Source: a virus (taxonomy: Duplodnaviria; Caudoviricetes). Taken from it: a DNA stretch of 42,033 bases. How positions within the stretch are numbered: the stretch's first letter is position 1; each line of letters opens with the position of its first letter. The notes beneath the pieces are model-generated. The model worked only from the letters and a program-made list of their open reading frames with translations. It did not search any database and was not told the DNA's origin. Location of the stretch: positions 1-42,033 of IMG/VR virus record IMGVR_UViG_3300026283_000083; one strand, 5' to 3'. Below are positions 6,989 to 16,350 of this stretch, one piece after another. The position numbers and the translations under genes are program-made.

Positions 6989-7309
6989 ATGGCGAATGAC
7001 CTTACCCCAATGCAGGTGCTGGAGCGGCTGATCGGCCCGCCGCCCGTGGTTGCGCGCGCCGCAGGGCTGCGCCGGACGGCTGCCTACAACTGGCACTACC
7101 TGTCATCCAAGCTGCGGCAGGCGGGCGATGTGCCCACGCCGGTGGCGATGCGCCGGCTGCTGGCCTATTCCGACGCGCGCGGGCTGGGCCTGACCGCCGA
7201 GCATCTGATCCGGGGGGCCAGCGAGGACGAGATCGAGGCCATCCTGGCCGACCGCGCCGCTGCGTCTGTCGGGACGGGGCTGGCCGAGACGGGAGTGGCC
7301 GCCGAATGA
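6989..7309 (+). CDS. cro: Cro-like HTH regulator (106 aa)
   Basis: IGPPPVVARAAGLRRTAAYNW HTH and G-x-V-P motif; divergent from cI. Confidence 0.8.
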   Translation: MANDLTPMQVLERLIGPPPVVARAAGLRRTAAYNWHYLSSKLRQAGDVPTPVAMRRLLAYSDARGLGLTAEHLIRGASEDEIEAILADRAAASVGTGLAETGVAAE

Positions 7310-7530
7310 TCGCCCTGGCCCCTGTCCGCCTGGACTGCCTCGGGGCCAGGGCCGCACTGGCGGCGGGCGCGGCTTTCGGGCCGGCCTGCCGCGCTTTCCG
7401 CTTCTCTTCCGGCCGCCCTCGGGGCCGGGTCTTCGCCGCGGGCGTGCAAGCCGGGGCGGAGCGCGCGGCGGGTGGGGCCTCCTCCTCCCTCGCCTCCCCG
7501 CCGCGCAAGGATTTCGGGGGGCGCGCATGA
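7306..7530 (+). CDS. hypothetical protein (74 aa)
   Basis: ATGA overlaps at both ends; low-complexity composition. Confidence 0.45.
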   Translation: MIALAPVRLDCLGARAALAAGAAFGPACRAFRFSSGRPRGRVFAAGVQAGAERAAGGASSSLASPPRKDFGGRA

Positions 7531-7826
7531 CCGAGCGCCCGCTGATCCCTGTGCAGGTGCTGATGGCCGCGACGGCGGTGGCGCTGCGCGCGAAGGACGG
7601 GACCGTGCTGCTGCACGAGGTGGACGATCTGCGTTGCAAGACCGAGGAGCTGATGAAGGGCGACACGACCTTCGCGCCCTGCGTCATGCGGTTCTGCACG
7701 GATTACGAGATGGTGCGGCGCGACCCCGAGGGGCTGATGGCCGCCGGCGAGACGTTCTGGCGGGCGCTGAAGGTCGCCACCGACCGGGTGCCGGCTGGCA
7801 CGGGGAGGGCTGACATTGACGGGTGA
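7527..7826 (+). CDS. hypothetical protein (99 aa)
   Basis: Typical GC3 codon use, coupled. Confidence 0.75.
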   Translation: MTERPLIPVQVLMAATAVALRAKDGTVLLHEVDDLRCKTEELMKGDTTFAPCVMRFCTDYEMVRRDPEGLMAAGETFWRALKVATDRVPAGTGRADIDG

Positions 7827-8124
7827 GTGGAAGCACTTCCTGGCTTTGGCGCTGGTCCTGTTCACGGTCGTCGTGTGCGCGTTCTACACTTGGGCGTTGT
7901 GGGGAGCGACCCGCTTGTTTGTCGCGCAGATGCGCGGCGAGCTGCGCAAGATCCCACCCCGCCCGTCCGCACTGGAGGCAGCGGTGGCAGAGCGGACGGC
8001 CGTGCTGCGCGAGGCGCTGGAGGAGATCGCGGACTGTCCCCAGCCAGATCACTGGGTGCCGCAGTACCAGCATTGTGTCGATGTCGCCCGCATCACGCTT
8101 GCCAAGGTGGACGCGCAGAAATGA
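7816..8124 (+). CDS. membrane-anchored hypothetical protein (102 aa)
   Basis: GGAGG RBS, TTG start, N-terminal TM helix. Confidence 0.65.
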   Translation: MTGEWKHFLALALVLFTVVVCAFYTWALWGATRLFVAQMRGELRKIPPRPSALEAAVAERTAVLREALEEIADCPQPDHWVPQYQHCVDVARITLAKVDAQK

Positions 8125-8474
8125 CCGACCGCGCCCGCCCGCTGCCCGAGTTTGCCCCCGAGCATCACCTGCTGCTGAACCTGGTGGCCTTCGTCGCCCT
8201 GTCGCTGTCGCGCGAGCCGCGCGTGGATGTGGCGCTGCGCGAGATCGCGGCGCTGTTGCCGCGCGTGTCGCTGCCGTCGCGCCGGGTGGAGCGGCTGGTC
8301 GATCGGGCGCGGGCGCTGGTGGCGGCCGATGCCGGGCGGCTGGACCCGGGCATGGCCTTTGCCTGGGCCGTGGCCTGCGGCGAGGCCTCGCGCGAGCTGG
8401 CCGACCTGTTCTTTTGGCGGGCCGGGCTGGCGCAGGAAGCCGTGCGCGCGCAGGAGGTTGTGGATGCGGGTTGA
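8121..8474 (+). CDS. hypothetical protein (117 aa, MTDRARPLPEF...)
   Basis: ATGA overlap; helical composition. Confidence 0.75.
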   Translation: MTDRARPLPEFAPEHHLLLNLVAFVALSLSREPRVDVALREIAALLPRVSLPSRRVERLVDRARALVAADAGRLDPGMAFAWAVACGEASRELADLFFWRAGLAQEAVRAQEVVDAG

Positions 8475-9153
8475 GGACCTGTCGCTGTTCGACCTTCTGG
8501 CCCTGCGCGAGACGTTGGGCGTGCTGGAGAAGATCGGGAAGCTGGACCCTGAGGCGCGGTTCGACCTGCGCCACCCGGTGACCGTGACCCTGCCTTCGCT
8601 GGTGGGGCTGATGGCGGCGCCGGGCGCGACTTACGTCGGGGTCTACGGCGAAGCGCCGGAACAGAATACCAGAGGGGGCTTGTCCCCCGTTGCGCGTGAG
8701 GTGGAGGCAGAAGCCGAGCTACCGACCTCACCGTCCGAGGTCGGGGCGTCAGTCCCGGCCTCGGTGCGTTGCGAACCCGTGGCGCCGGCCGGGGAGGTGG
8801 CGCTACCCGCCGCCCCGATGGCGGCCGCGGTGCCTGCCGGGGCGGGAGAGCAGCCTGCCCCGGCGGTGCATGAGGCCGCCGATCCATTCCCTGACGATGA
8901 GCCCACAGATGATCTGGGCCGGCACCTGTGGTTCCTGACCCGCAAGGGCGACTGGCATTTCGGGGCCGATCACCAGCTGATGGATCTGGCCTGCATGGGC
9001 TGGAACGTGCCCGACATCGCCGCCGAGATGGGGCGGGGTGACCTGGACGTGAAGCGGCGGTTCGACCTGCTGACCGACAAGCGCCGGTTCAACCGCGCGG
9101 CGGTGCGCGACCGGCTGGCGGCCTTCCTGGCCCTTGCGGGGGCGGCGGAATAG
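8464..9153 (+). CDS. protein with C-terminal Myb/GcrA-like HTH (229 aa)
   Basis: AGGAGG RBS; WHFGADHQLMDLACMGWNVPDIAAEMGRGDLDVKRRF. Confidence 0.7.
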   Translation: MRVEDLSLFDLLALRETLGVLEKIGKLDPEARFDLRHPVTVTLPSLVGLMAAPGATYVGVYGEAPEQNTRGGLSPVAREVEAEAELPTSPSEVGASVPASVRCEPVAPAGEVALPAAPMAAAVPAGAGEQPAPAVHEAADPFPDDEPTDDLGRHLWFLTRKGDWHFGADHQLMDLACMGWNVPDIAAEMGRGDLDVKRRFDLLTDKRRFNRAAVRDRLAAFLALAGAAE

Positions 9154-9154
9154 C

Positions 9155-10339
9155 ATGGCAGAGCCCCGGCAGATGGTCAGCCTTGAGGAGATCAAGGACC
9201 GGCTTCTGGCCGAAATCGACCGTGTCGTGGACCAGTATGCCCCGCCGGCCGCGGGCAGTTACCGGCGCGGTCACGACTATTTCACGCTGAACCCCGGCCG
9301 GGCCGACCGCAGCGTCGGGTCCTTTGTCGTGCACCTGGGCGGGCCGAAGGCGGGGCGGTGGGCCGACTATGCCACCGATCCCAAGGGCGGCGACCTGATC
9401 GACCTGATCGCCCTGTCGCGCGGCTGCGACCTGAAGGCGGCCGTCATCGAGGCGCGGGCCTTCCTGGGCCTGGACAGCGAGACGCCCGAGCTGCGCCGCC
9501 AGCGCGAGGAGGCGGCCCGCGCGGCCAAGCTGCGCCGTGCCAGGGCCGAGCGCGATGCGGCGGCGCATCAGGAGCGCAAGCGCAAGGCGGCGGCGGCCCT
9601 GTGGCTTTCGGGCGAGGCGAAGATCGAGGGCACGCCGGTGGACCTGTACCTGCGCGGGCGGGGCATCGACATCGCCGCCCTGGGCCACCGGCCCGGCGCG
9701 ATCCGCTATCACGCGGCCTGCCGGTACATCTGGACCGAAGAGTGGGTGGACCCGGCAACGGGCGAGGTGACGCAGCGGCGGATGGAAAAGACGCTGCCGG
9801 CGATGCTGTCGCAGATCGCCCGGAGGTCAGAGATCATCGACTGCCACCGGACCTATCTGGCGATCCGCCCCGACGGGAGCTGGGGCAAGGCCCCGCTGCC
9901 CGATGCCAAGAAGGTGCTGACTGATTACACTGGCGGATCGGTGCGGCTGTGTGGCGGCCTGGGCCCGCGCGGCGGGCGGCTGCGCCTGGCCGAGGCGCCG
10001 CAGGGCAGCCGCGTCTACATCACCGAGGGCATCGAGAACGGGCTGAGCCTGATGATGCTGCGCGCCCTGTCGGGCCAGCCGCCTGCCTTTGTCGTGGCCG
10101 CCGGCATGGTGGCCAACCTCGCCCATGTCGAGCTGCCCCAAACGGTGGCCGAGGTGGTGCTGTGCGCCGACAACGACACGGGCGAGCAGGCCCGTGCCCA
10201 GGTGGAGAAGGCCGTCGCCGCCCATGCCGCCGCGGGGCGCATCGTGCGCGTGTGGCGATCGGAGATCCCCGGCGAGGACCTGAACGACGCGCTGCTGCGC
10301 GCGCTGGCCCAGGGCGAGACACGGGAGGGCGCGGCGTGA
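9155..10339 (+). CDS. Toprim-domain DNA primase (394 aa)
   Basis: GGDLIDL N-domain, YLRGRGI, HRTYL, ITEGIE, CADND, EDLND motifs. Confidence 0.88.
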   Translation: MAEPRQMVSLEEIKDRLLAEIDRVVDQYAPPAAGSYRRGHDYFTLNPGRADRSVGSFVVHLGGPKAGRWADYATDPKGGDLIDLIALSRGCDLKAAVIEARAFLGLDSETPELRRQREEAARAAKLRRARAERDAAAHQERKRKAAAALWLSGEAKIEGTPVDLYLRGRGIDIAALGHRPGAIRYHAACRYIWTEEWVDPATGEVTQRRMEKTLPAMLSQIARRSEIIDCHRTYLAIRPDGSWGKAPLPDAKKVLTDYTGGSVRLCGGLGPRGGRLRLAEAPQGSRVYITEGIENGLSLMMLRALSGQPPAFVVAAGMVANLAHVELPQTVAEVVLCADNDTGEQARAQVEKAVAAHAAAGRIVRVWRSEIPGEDLNDALLRALAQGETREGAA

Positions 10340-10662
10340 ACGGGAACGGACACGGCAGCGCGCGCACGACCGATGAAGAGGACCTGGCGGCCTATGATGC
10401 CAGCCCTGCATGGCTGCGGCGCGAGATGCGGCACGGCCCGTCCAATTGGTCGGCGGTCCATCTGCTGAGGGACGTGATCCGCCTGTCCGAAATTGTCGGT
10501 GAGGACAGCGCGAGGGATCGTGTGCGCCGGATGATGCGCGAAGATAAGGCGGAGACCTGCTACCGCTTCTACGGACCTGACCACCCCGAAGCCGATGCCC
10601 ACGGTCGAACACTGCGCCCCGCCCCGAACGCCGTTGGCTGGCCTGACCGGAGGCGCAAGTGA
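10336..10662 (+). CDS. DUF6525-like protein (108 aa)
   Basis: AAYDASPAWLRR...NWS...YGPDHP pattern; GTGA overlaps. Confidence 0.65.
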   Translation: MNGNGHGSARTTDEEDLAAYDASPAWLRREMRHGPSNWSAVHLLRDVIRLSEIVGEDSARDRVRRMMREDKAETCYRFYGPDHPEADAHGRTLRPAPNAVGWPDRRRK

Positions 10663-12728
10663 CCGGCGAGCCGAACAACGACGACTGGCTGACCAACCCC
10701 GCGCCGCCGCCGCGCGCGATCGGGGCGCCAGCGCACCAGCCGCCGCCGAAGCCCGCACCCAAGCCCGGCAAGCCGAACGTGACGCCCCTGCGCCCCATCC
10801 AGGCCCTGGCGGCCGAGCTGGACGGGGCGCCGGTGGCGGCCGAGCCTGCGGCGGGCGCGGCGCCCGCCCCCTCTGGCCCACCCTCTGGCCCGCCAACTGG
10901 CGCTGCCCTGCCCCCGGCCGAGCCCGGCGGGCGGCCGTCGCGCGAGCGCCCGAAGGGCGACATCTGGGACGGCTGCCCGGTGAAGCCCCTGGGCGTGAAC
11001 GGCGCGATCTACTGGTACCTGGACGTGCACGGCCAGCTGCGCGGCGTGGGCAAGCACGATGCCCAGGCGATCATGATGCTGTTCGGCCGAATGATCCCGC
11101 AGCTGTGCTACCACTTCGCGCAATGGGCGCGGGACCCCGACAGCGGCGAGATGCGGCGTAAGCCCCACCGCTTTGACCAGACCACCGCCGCGATGGAAAT
11201 GATGCAGGCCTGCAGCGAGCGCGGCCTGTTCGACCCCGAGGGCGCGGTGCGCGGTGTCGGCGCCTGGACGGATGACGATGGCCGGCTGGTCTATCACGCC
11301 GGCGACCGGCTGTGGATCGGCACCGATCAGGCCGATCCGGGCACACATGACCGGCGCATCTATCCCGCCGCCCCGGCCGTCCCGCACCCGGCGCTGACCG
11401 TGAGTGACGCGGCCGACCCGGTGGCGCGGCTGGACGAGGTACTGGCCACCTGGCATTGGGAGCGGCCCGACCTGGACCCGACCATCTGCCTAGCACTGGT
11501 GGGCGTGCAGATGATGGGCGGCGCCCTGCCCTGGCGCCCGGCCTTCTGGTTTTCCGGCGGCGCGGGCACGGGCAAGTCCACGCTGCAGAAGCTGATCCTG
11601 CACCTGCATGGCGGCGAGAAGGGGCTGATCCAGTCCACCGACGCCACCGCGCGCGGCATCGCCAGCCTTCTGGGCCAATCGACCCTGCCCGTCGCCCTGG
11701 ACGAGCTGGAGCCGGGCGATGCGGGCTCCACCAAGGAGCGCGGCATCGTGGAGCTGGCGCGCGTGGCGGCCAGCGGCGGGCGGTGGGCGCGCGGCTCCAG
11801 CGACCAGAAGGGCTCGACCGGCCAGCTGCGCAGCACCTTCCTGTTCTCTTCGATCCTGGTGCCCGGCGTCCTGAAGTCGCAGGACCTGCAACGGATCATC
11901 CTGCTGAACCTGCTGCCCCTGGCGGAAGGGTCCAGCCCGCCCGACCTGCGCGCCGACACCTGGCGCAAGCGTGGCGCGGCGATCAAGCGGCTGCTGATCG
12001 ATCGCTGGCCCAGCTGGTCGCGCCGGCTGGAGCTGTGGCGCGAGGCCTGCGCCGCCCAGGGCGTGACGGGCCGCGATGCCGACAACTGGGCCACGGTGCT
12101 GGCCATGGCGCAGATCATCCGGTCGGCCGAGCTGCCGGCCGGCGACGAGATGGACGGCTGGGCCCGCAAGGTGGCGCGGATCGTGAAGTCGCGCGACGGC
12201 GAGGCCCACACCGATGCGGACGAGGTGCTGGTGCACCTCATGTCCCAGAAGCTGGACGTGTTCCGGCGGGACCGGACCTATTCCGTTGCCCAGTGGGTGA
12301 TGGTGGCAGCCGACCTGCCTGGCGCGCCCTCGGACCTCCTGAGCGATTTCGGGTCCGATGCCGATGGCCGGGAAAAGCGGGCGCGGCGGGCGAACGAGCT
12401 GCTGGCGCCCTATGCCATCCGCGTGATCCGCGAGCAGGGGCAGGAGCCCCTGATCTTCATCGGCAACAAGAAGGTGCAGCCGCTGCTGGACCTGTTCCGC
12501 GACACCCAGTGGGCGGGCGGCGCCTGGTCGCAGTCGCTGTTGCGGGTGGCGGGCGCCGTGCCCTCGCCCATACCCCGGCGGCTGTCCGGTGCCGGCATCC
12601 AGTGCCGGGGCACCGACGTGCCGATCCGCGCGATCCCCGGCCTGATGGACTTCCCGGCCGACCGCGTGGCGAGCGGGCCGGCGGCTGTATCACCGCCTGC
12701 GGGCATCGAAGGGGAGGACTTCGCGTGA
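10659..12728 (+). CDS. P-loop NTPase, putative replicative helicase (689 aa)
   Basis: Walker A GGAGTGKS, Walker B VALDE; follows primase; Pro-rich disordered N-terminus. Confidence 0.8.
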   Translation: MTGEPNNDDWLTNPAPPPRAIGAPAHQPPPKPAPKPGKPNVTPLRPIQALAAELDGAPVAAEPAAGAAPAPSGPPSGPPTGAALPPAEPGGRPSRERPKGDIWDGCPVKPLGVNGAIYWYLDVHGQLRGVGKHDAQAIMMLFGRMIPQLCYHFAQWARDPDSGEMRRKPHRFDQTTAAMEMMQACSERGLFDPEGAVRGVGAWTDDDGRLVYHAGDRLWIGTDQADPGTHDRRIYPAAPAVPHPALTVSDAADPVARLDEVLATWHWERPDLDPTICLALVGVQMMGGALPWRPAFWFSGGAGTGKSTLQKLILHLHGGEKGLIQSTDATARGIASLLGQSTLPVALDELEPGDAGSTKERGIVELARVAASGGRWARGSSDQKGSTGQLRSTFLFSSILVPGVLKSQDLQRIILLNLLPLAEGSSPPDLRADTWRKRGAAIKRLLIDRWPSWSRRLELWREACAAQGVTGRDADNWATVLAMAQIIRSAELPAGDEMDGWARKVARIVKSRDGEAHTDADEVLVHLMSQKLDVFRRDRTYSVAQWVMVAADLPGAPSDLLSDFGSDADGREKRARRANELLAPYAIRVIREQGQEPLIFIGNKKVQPLLDLFRDTQWAGGAWSQSLLRVAGAVPSPIPRRLSGAGIQCRGTDVPIRAIPGLMDFPADRVASGPAAVSPPAGIEGEDFA

Positions 12729-13360
12729 GCGATCCGGTCAACAAGCCTGCGCACTACACCGCGCACCCTTCGGGCGTGGAGTGCATCCAGATCGCCGAGC
12801 ACATGGGCTTTTGCCTGGGCAACGCGGTCAAGTACATCTGGCGCGCTGACCTCAAGGGCGATGCGATCGAGGACCTGCGCAAGGCGCGATGGTACATCGA
12901 CCGCGAGATCGAGCGGCGTGAGGCGGCGGCCGCGCCAGACACCTCGGTGAATGGTGGGCCGGTCGGACTGGGAGACATGTTCATTCAGTTGAGCTTGTCC
13001 ACGGGCCGAACGGAACAGGCTCTTGTGCGGCTCAACCCCGAGGAACCGCCTGAGCGCCGCGTGCGCGTGACCGTCGGACGTGGTCTGAATGAGGTGTGCG
13101 CGTTCGGGGCATCCCTGGAAGAGGCGACATGGCAAGCAGTAGCCTTGCTGGAGGCGCCAGCCAAGGAGACACGGCCCAGGTACTTGCACCTGTCCGACGG
13201 CACATCCGGGACCCTCATCACTCAGCGTCGGGCTACGCGGAATGGGCAATCGGAGTGGCAGGCCTGTTGCGAGCGAAAGGGCGTGATCACAGGGGCTGCC
13301 GGTCCAACGGAAGAGGCGGCCATCGCTAACCTGGTGGCGTACATGGAGCGCATCCGATGA
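12725..13360 (+). CDS. DUF3310 (T7 gp1.7-like) domain fused to an unknown C-terminal region (211 aa)
   Basis: DPVNKPAHY...ECI...FCLGNAVKYIWRA..K....EDLRKARWYIDREI; GGAGG RBS, GTG start. Confidence 0.85.
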   Translation: MSDPVNKPAHYTAHPSGVECIQIAEHMGFCLGNAVKYIWRADLKGDAIEDLRKARWYIDREIERREAAAAPDTSVNGGPVGLGDMFIQLSLSTGRTEQALVRLNPEEPPERRVRVTVGRGLNEVCAFGASLEEATWQAVALLEAPAKETRPRYLHLSDGTSGTLITQRRATRNGQSEWQACCERKGVITGAAGPTEEAAIANLVAYMERIR

Positions 13361-13479
13361 TCCGCGCCCCGCACCCCTTCCGGGCCTCTCTGTCCGCCGT
13401 GCTGCGCGCTCCCCGACCCGGCGGCGAGCCGGGAGGTTTTCCGCGCCCGGTCGGGTCAGGGGCATGTCGGGATTGGGGC

Positions 13480-13733
13480 TGTACCGGGGTTTGTACCGCG
13501 ATTGTACCGCCGCTGTACCGGGTGATTTTCCTTGTGCGCCAATGGGTTGGGCGAAAGCGGTACAGCGGTACGCCGCCAGCCCCTCACACATGCATGTGTG
13601 CGAGTGCGCGAGTGCGCATGCATGAGCATGTGCCGTACCATCGTACCGCTGTACCGCTCTTTCTCTATCTCTCTGAAAGGAATGAAGAAAAGGTCAGTTT
13701 TCTGCGGTACGGTCGCGGTACAGGGGCGGTACG
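13480..13733. repeat. GTACC iteron array with a central palindrome; putative replication origin
   Basis: YGTACCR forward at 13480, 13492, 13503, 13514, 13634, 13642, 13650; reverse CGGTACR at 13558, 13566, 13705, 13716, 13727; palindrome CACACATGCATGTGTG at 13585-13600. Confidence 0.75.
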
Positions 13734-13736
13734 CTG

Positions 13737-14360
13737 ATGGGCGGGGTCGCCAATTCCTTCCAGGCCGATGCGCGGGCTGCGGCCGAGCGGCTGGATCGGG
13801 CGCGGGCGGTGGGCGAGCAGCTGGAGCTGCTGCCGGCCGAGCCGATCGAGGGCGGCGAGGGCAAGGCGGGGCGCGGCAAGGGCAAGGCGGTCAGCCAGCT
13901 GCGCGCGATGCTGGCGGCCAAGGGGTTCCGCCTGCCCGAGGACCAGCTGGCGCGGATCGCCGGGCTGGACAGCGGCGAGGATGCGGTGATGGCGGCGATG
14001 GCCAAGGCCGAGCGGGTGATCGCCTGGGCCTATGGCAAGGGCGCCACCCCGAAGCCCGAGCAGCGGGTGGGCATCTTCCTGCAGATGTACGCCGCCCAGG
14101 TGCGGGCGGCCGAGGCGCTGTTGCCCTATGGGCTGGCCAAGGTGACGCCGGATGCGGCGCCGGTGGTGCCGGTGCAGGTGGTGGTGAACCAGGCGCCGCA
14201 GGGCGCCCAGGCGGTGCCGCCGATGCGGGATGTGACGCCCCCGGCGCCGCTTCTGGCCCCGCCGCCGATGCCTTGGGAAATGCAGCGAAATCAAGCGGTT
14301 GCGGATGCGGTGGATCCCGCGTCGGACGCCGCGCGTCGGACGGAAGGGGCAAGCGATTGA
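13737..14360 (+). CDS. terS: putative terminase small subunit (207 aa)
   Basis: Position before terL; GRGKGK and RAAEALLPYGLAK-type motifs. Confidence 0.6.
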   Translation: MGGVANSFQADARAAAERLDRARAVGEQLELLPAEPIEGGEGKAGRGKGKAVSQLRAMLAAKGFRLPEDQLARIAGLDSGEDAVMAAMAKAERVIAWAYGKGATPKPEQRVGIFLQMYAAQVRAAEALLPYGLAKVTPDAAPVVPVQVVVNQAPQGAQAVPPMRDVTPPAPLLAPPPMPWEMQRNQAVADAVDPASDAARRTEGASD

Positions 14361-14577
14361 TCTGCAAGGCGAAAATCGCGGTTCAGCGTCAGATGGCAAA
14401 TCTGCTGCCTGCCCCTCGCCTCGCCCTGGCGGGCGCCCCGGATCGGCACCCCACCCCCCCCTTTCCGGGCGCCCGGCGCGCCCCCGCCGCGACCCCCCGG
14501 GGGGGCCACCCCGCGCCAGTCTCTCTCCCCCTCTTTCCGACCCCATGCAGCCGTTCCGGGCTTCCGCAGGTGGCAAA

Positions 14578-16350
14578 ATGAGCGCGACATTGGGCCGCCG
14601 CGTCCGGGGTGGGGGGTGTGTGTGCCTGGCCCCGTCCGACATGGGCAGGGGTGGGGCAGGCGCGCGGTTCAGCGAGGAAAAGGCCGATCGGCTGGCCCAG
14701 CAGGGTGCGGCCGAAGCGATTGCCACGCTAGAGCTCGGCCGCGAGGAAGGCAACCTGCTTTCCGTGCTGTCCGATCCCTACATGCCCGGCCCGGTCGCGG
14801 CGGCGTTCTATGCCAGCAACGCCACCATCGCTGGCATCCAGGGGCCGGTGGGCAGCGGCAAGACCACCACCCTGCTGCGGTCGCGCTTCCGCCGGGCGGT
14901 GCAGATGCCGCGGTCGGTGATCGACGGCCGCCGCCGGTACCGCCTGGGCGTGGCGCGCGAGACGTACCGCCAGCTGTGGTCCACCACGATCCCGTCCTAC
15001 CTGGAAGTGTTCCCGCGCATCCCGAACAGCGAATGGTCGGGCGGCCGGGGCGATCCGGTGCGACATGTCATCCATTTCGAAGATGCGCATGGCCTGGTCG
15101 AGTTCGAGGCGCTGTTCATGGCCTTCGGCGACGATCCCGTGGCGAACCTGCGCGGGGTGCAGCTGACGGACATGTGGCTGAACGAGGCCGACACGGTGCC
15201 AGAAGAGCTGTTGGGCGTGGGCATCGGCCGGGTCGGGCGCTTCCCCGGCGCCGCCCATTTCGAGGGCTACCCGGCCGAGCTGGCGAGCTACAGCCAGATC
15301 GCCTGCGACCAGAACGCCCCCGACGAGGAAAACTGGACCCACAAGGTGTTTCACGACGAAGAGGCGCGCCAGAAGCTCGCCAGCGAGCTGTCGCGCAGCC
15401 TGCCGCCCGGCACGCCGCCGGTGCGCGTGGAGTTCTTTAACCAGCCGGGCTTTGGCGAGCCGGGCACCGAGAACCTGTCCAAGCTGGAGGCGGGCTATTA
15501 CCAGAAGCAGATCCTGGCCAACCGCCTGCAGGGCCGCGGCGACCTGATCGACCGGCTGGTCTACAACAAGATCACCTATCTGCGCGCGGGCGACCCGGTG
15601 TTTTCGCGCGAGTTCAACCGCCGCATCCATGTGGCACCCCAGCCGATCGAGCCGGTGGCCGGCGTGCCGCTGACCATCGGGCTGGACCAGGGCTTCAAGG
15701 GCGCGGCGGTGGTGCTGCAATTCCTGACGCCCTTCCAGTGGCTGGTGCTGGCCGAGCTGCATTTCCCGAAGGAGCGCCTGATGGCGGCCGAGTTCGGGCG
15801 CCGCCTGTCCGACCTGCTGGCGCAGCCCCGCTTTGCCGGGCTTCTGGTGGAGGGCGGCTATGGCGACATGGCGGGCGAACAGGGCGCCAGCCAGGCGGCC
15901 GAGGAAAACGCCACCTGGAACCGGCTGGTGGCGAAGGCAGCGGGCATCACGGTGCGGCCCCAGAAGATCGGGACCAACCGCATTCAGCCCCGCCTGGAGG
16001 CGGTGCGCGCGGCACTGGAATTCATCCACGGCGGCCAGCCCGGCCTGCTGGTGGACCCGTCCTGCAAGCTGCTGATCGCCGGGTTCGAGGCGCGGTACGT
16101 CTGGACGGACGACGTGGACCACAGCGGCGACAAGCGGAAGGTGCCCGACAAGCGCCTGACCGAGGCCAACGTGCACGACGCGCTGCAATACGGCCTGCTG
16201 TCCCGGGCCAAGCCCGCCACCGGCCTGAGCGAGGTCAGCTTCACCAACGATCGTTCCGGCCTTTTGGGCCTGGAGCAGCCGGGCCGACGCCCGGAAGAGC
16301 CTGCCGGCGGGCTGGTCACCGGCTTCGACGTTCTGAACCCCTATGGATGA
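14578..16350 (+). CDS. terL: terminase large subunit (about 590 aa; start uncertain)
   Basis: Walker A GPVGSGKT, Walker B WLNEAD, nuclease IGLDQG...GDMAG...HDALQY. Confidence 0.92.
   Translation: MSATLGRRVRGGGCVCLAPSDMGRGGAGARFSEEKADRLAQQGAAEAIATLELGREEGNLLSVLSDPYMPGPVAAAFYASNATIAGIQGPVGSGKTTTLLRSRFRRAVQMPRSVIDGRRRYRLGVARETYRQLWSTTIPSYLEVFPRIPNSEWSGGRGDPVRHVIHFEDAHGLVEFEALFMAFGDDPVANLRGVQLTDMWLNEADTVPEELLGVGIGRVGRFPGAAHFEGYPAELASYSQIACDQNAPDEENWTHKVFHDEEARQKLASELSRSLPPGTPPVRVEFFNQPGFGEPGTENLSKLEAGYYQKQILANRLQGRGDLIDRLVYNKITYLRAGDPVFSREFNRRIHVAPQPIEPVAGVPLTIGLDQGFKGAAVVLQFLTPFQWLVLAELHFPKERLMAAEFGRRLSDLLAQPRFAGLLVEGGYGDMAGEQGASQAAEENATWNRLVAKAAGITVRPQKIGTNRIQPRLEAVRAALEFIHGGQPGLLVDPSCKLLIAGFEARYVWTDDVDHSGDKRKVPDKRLTEANVHDALQYGLLSRAKPATGLSEVSFTNDRSGLLGLEQPGRRPEEPAGGLVTGFDVLNPYG

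Noticed and set aside
13357..13737. 126-aa ORF over the iteron region
   Set aside because: Translation mirrors the DNA repeats (VPPLYR, AVPL); better explained as a non-coding site, although ATGA/TGATG overlaps at both ends mean it cannot be fully excluded
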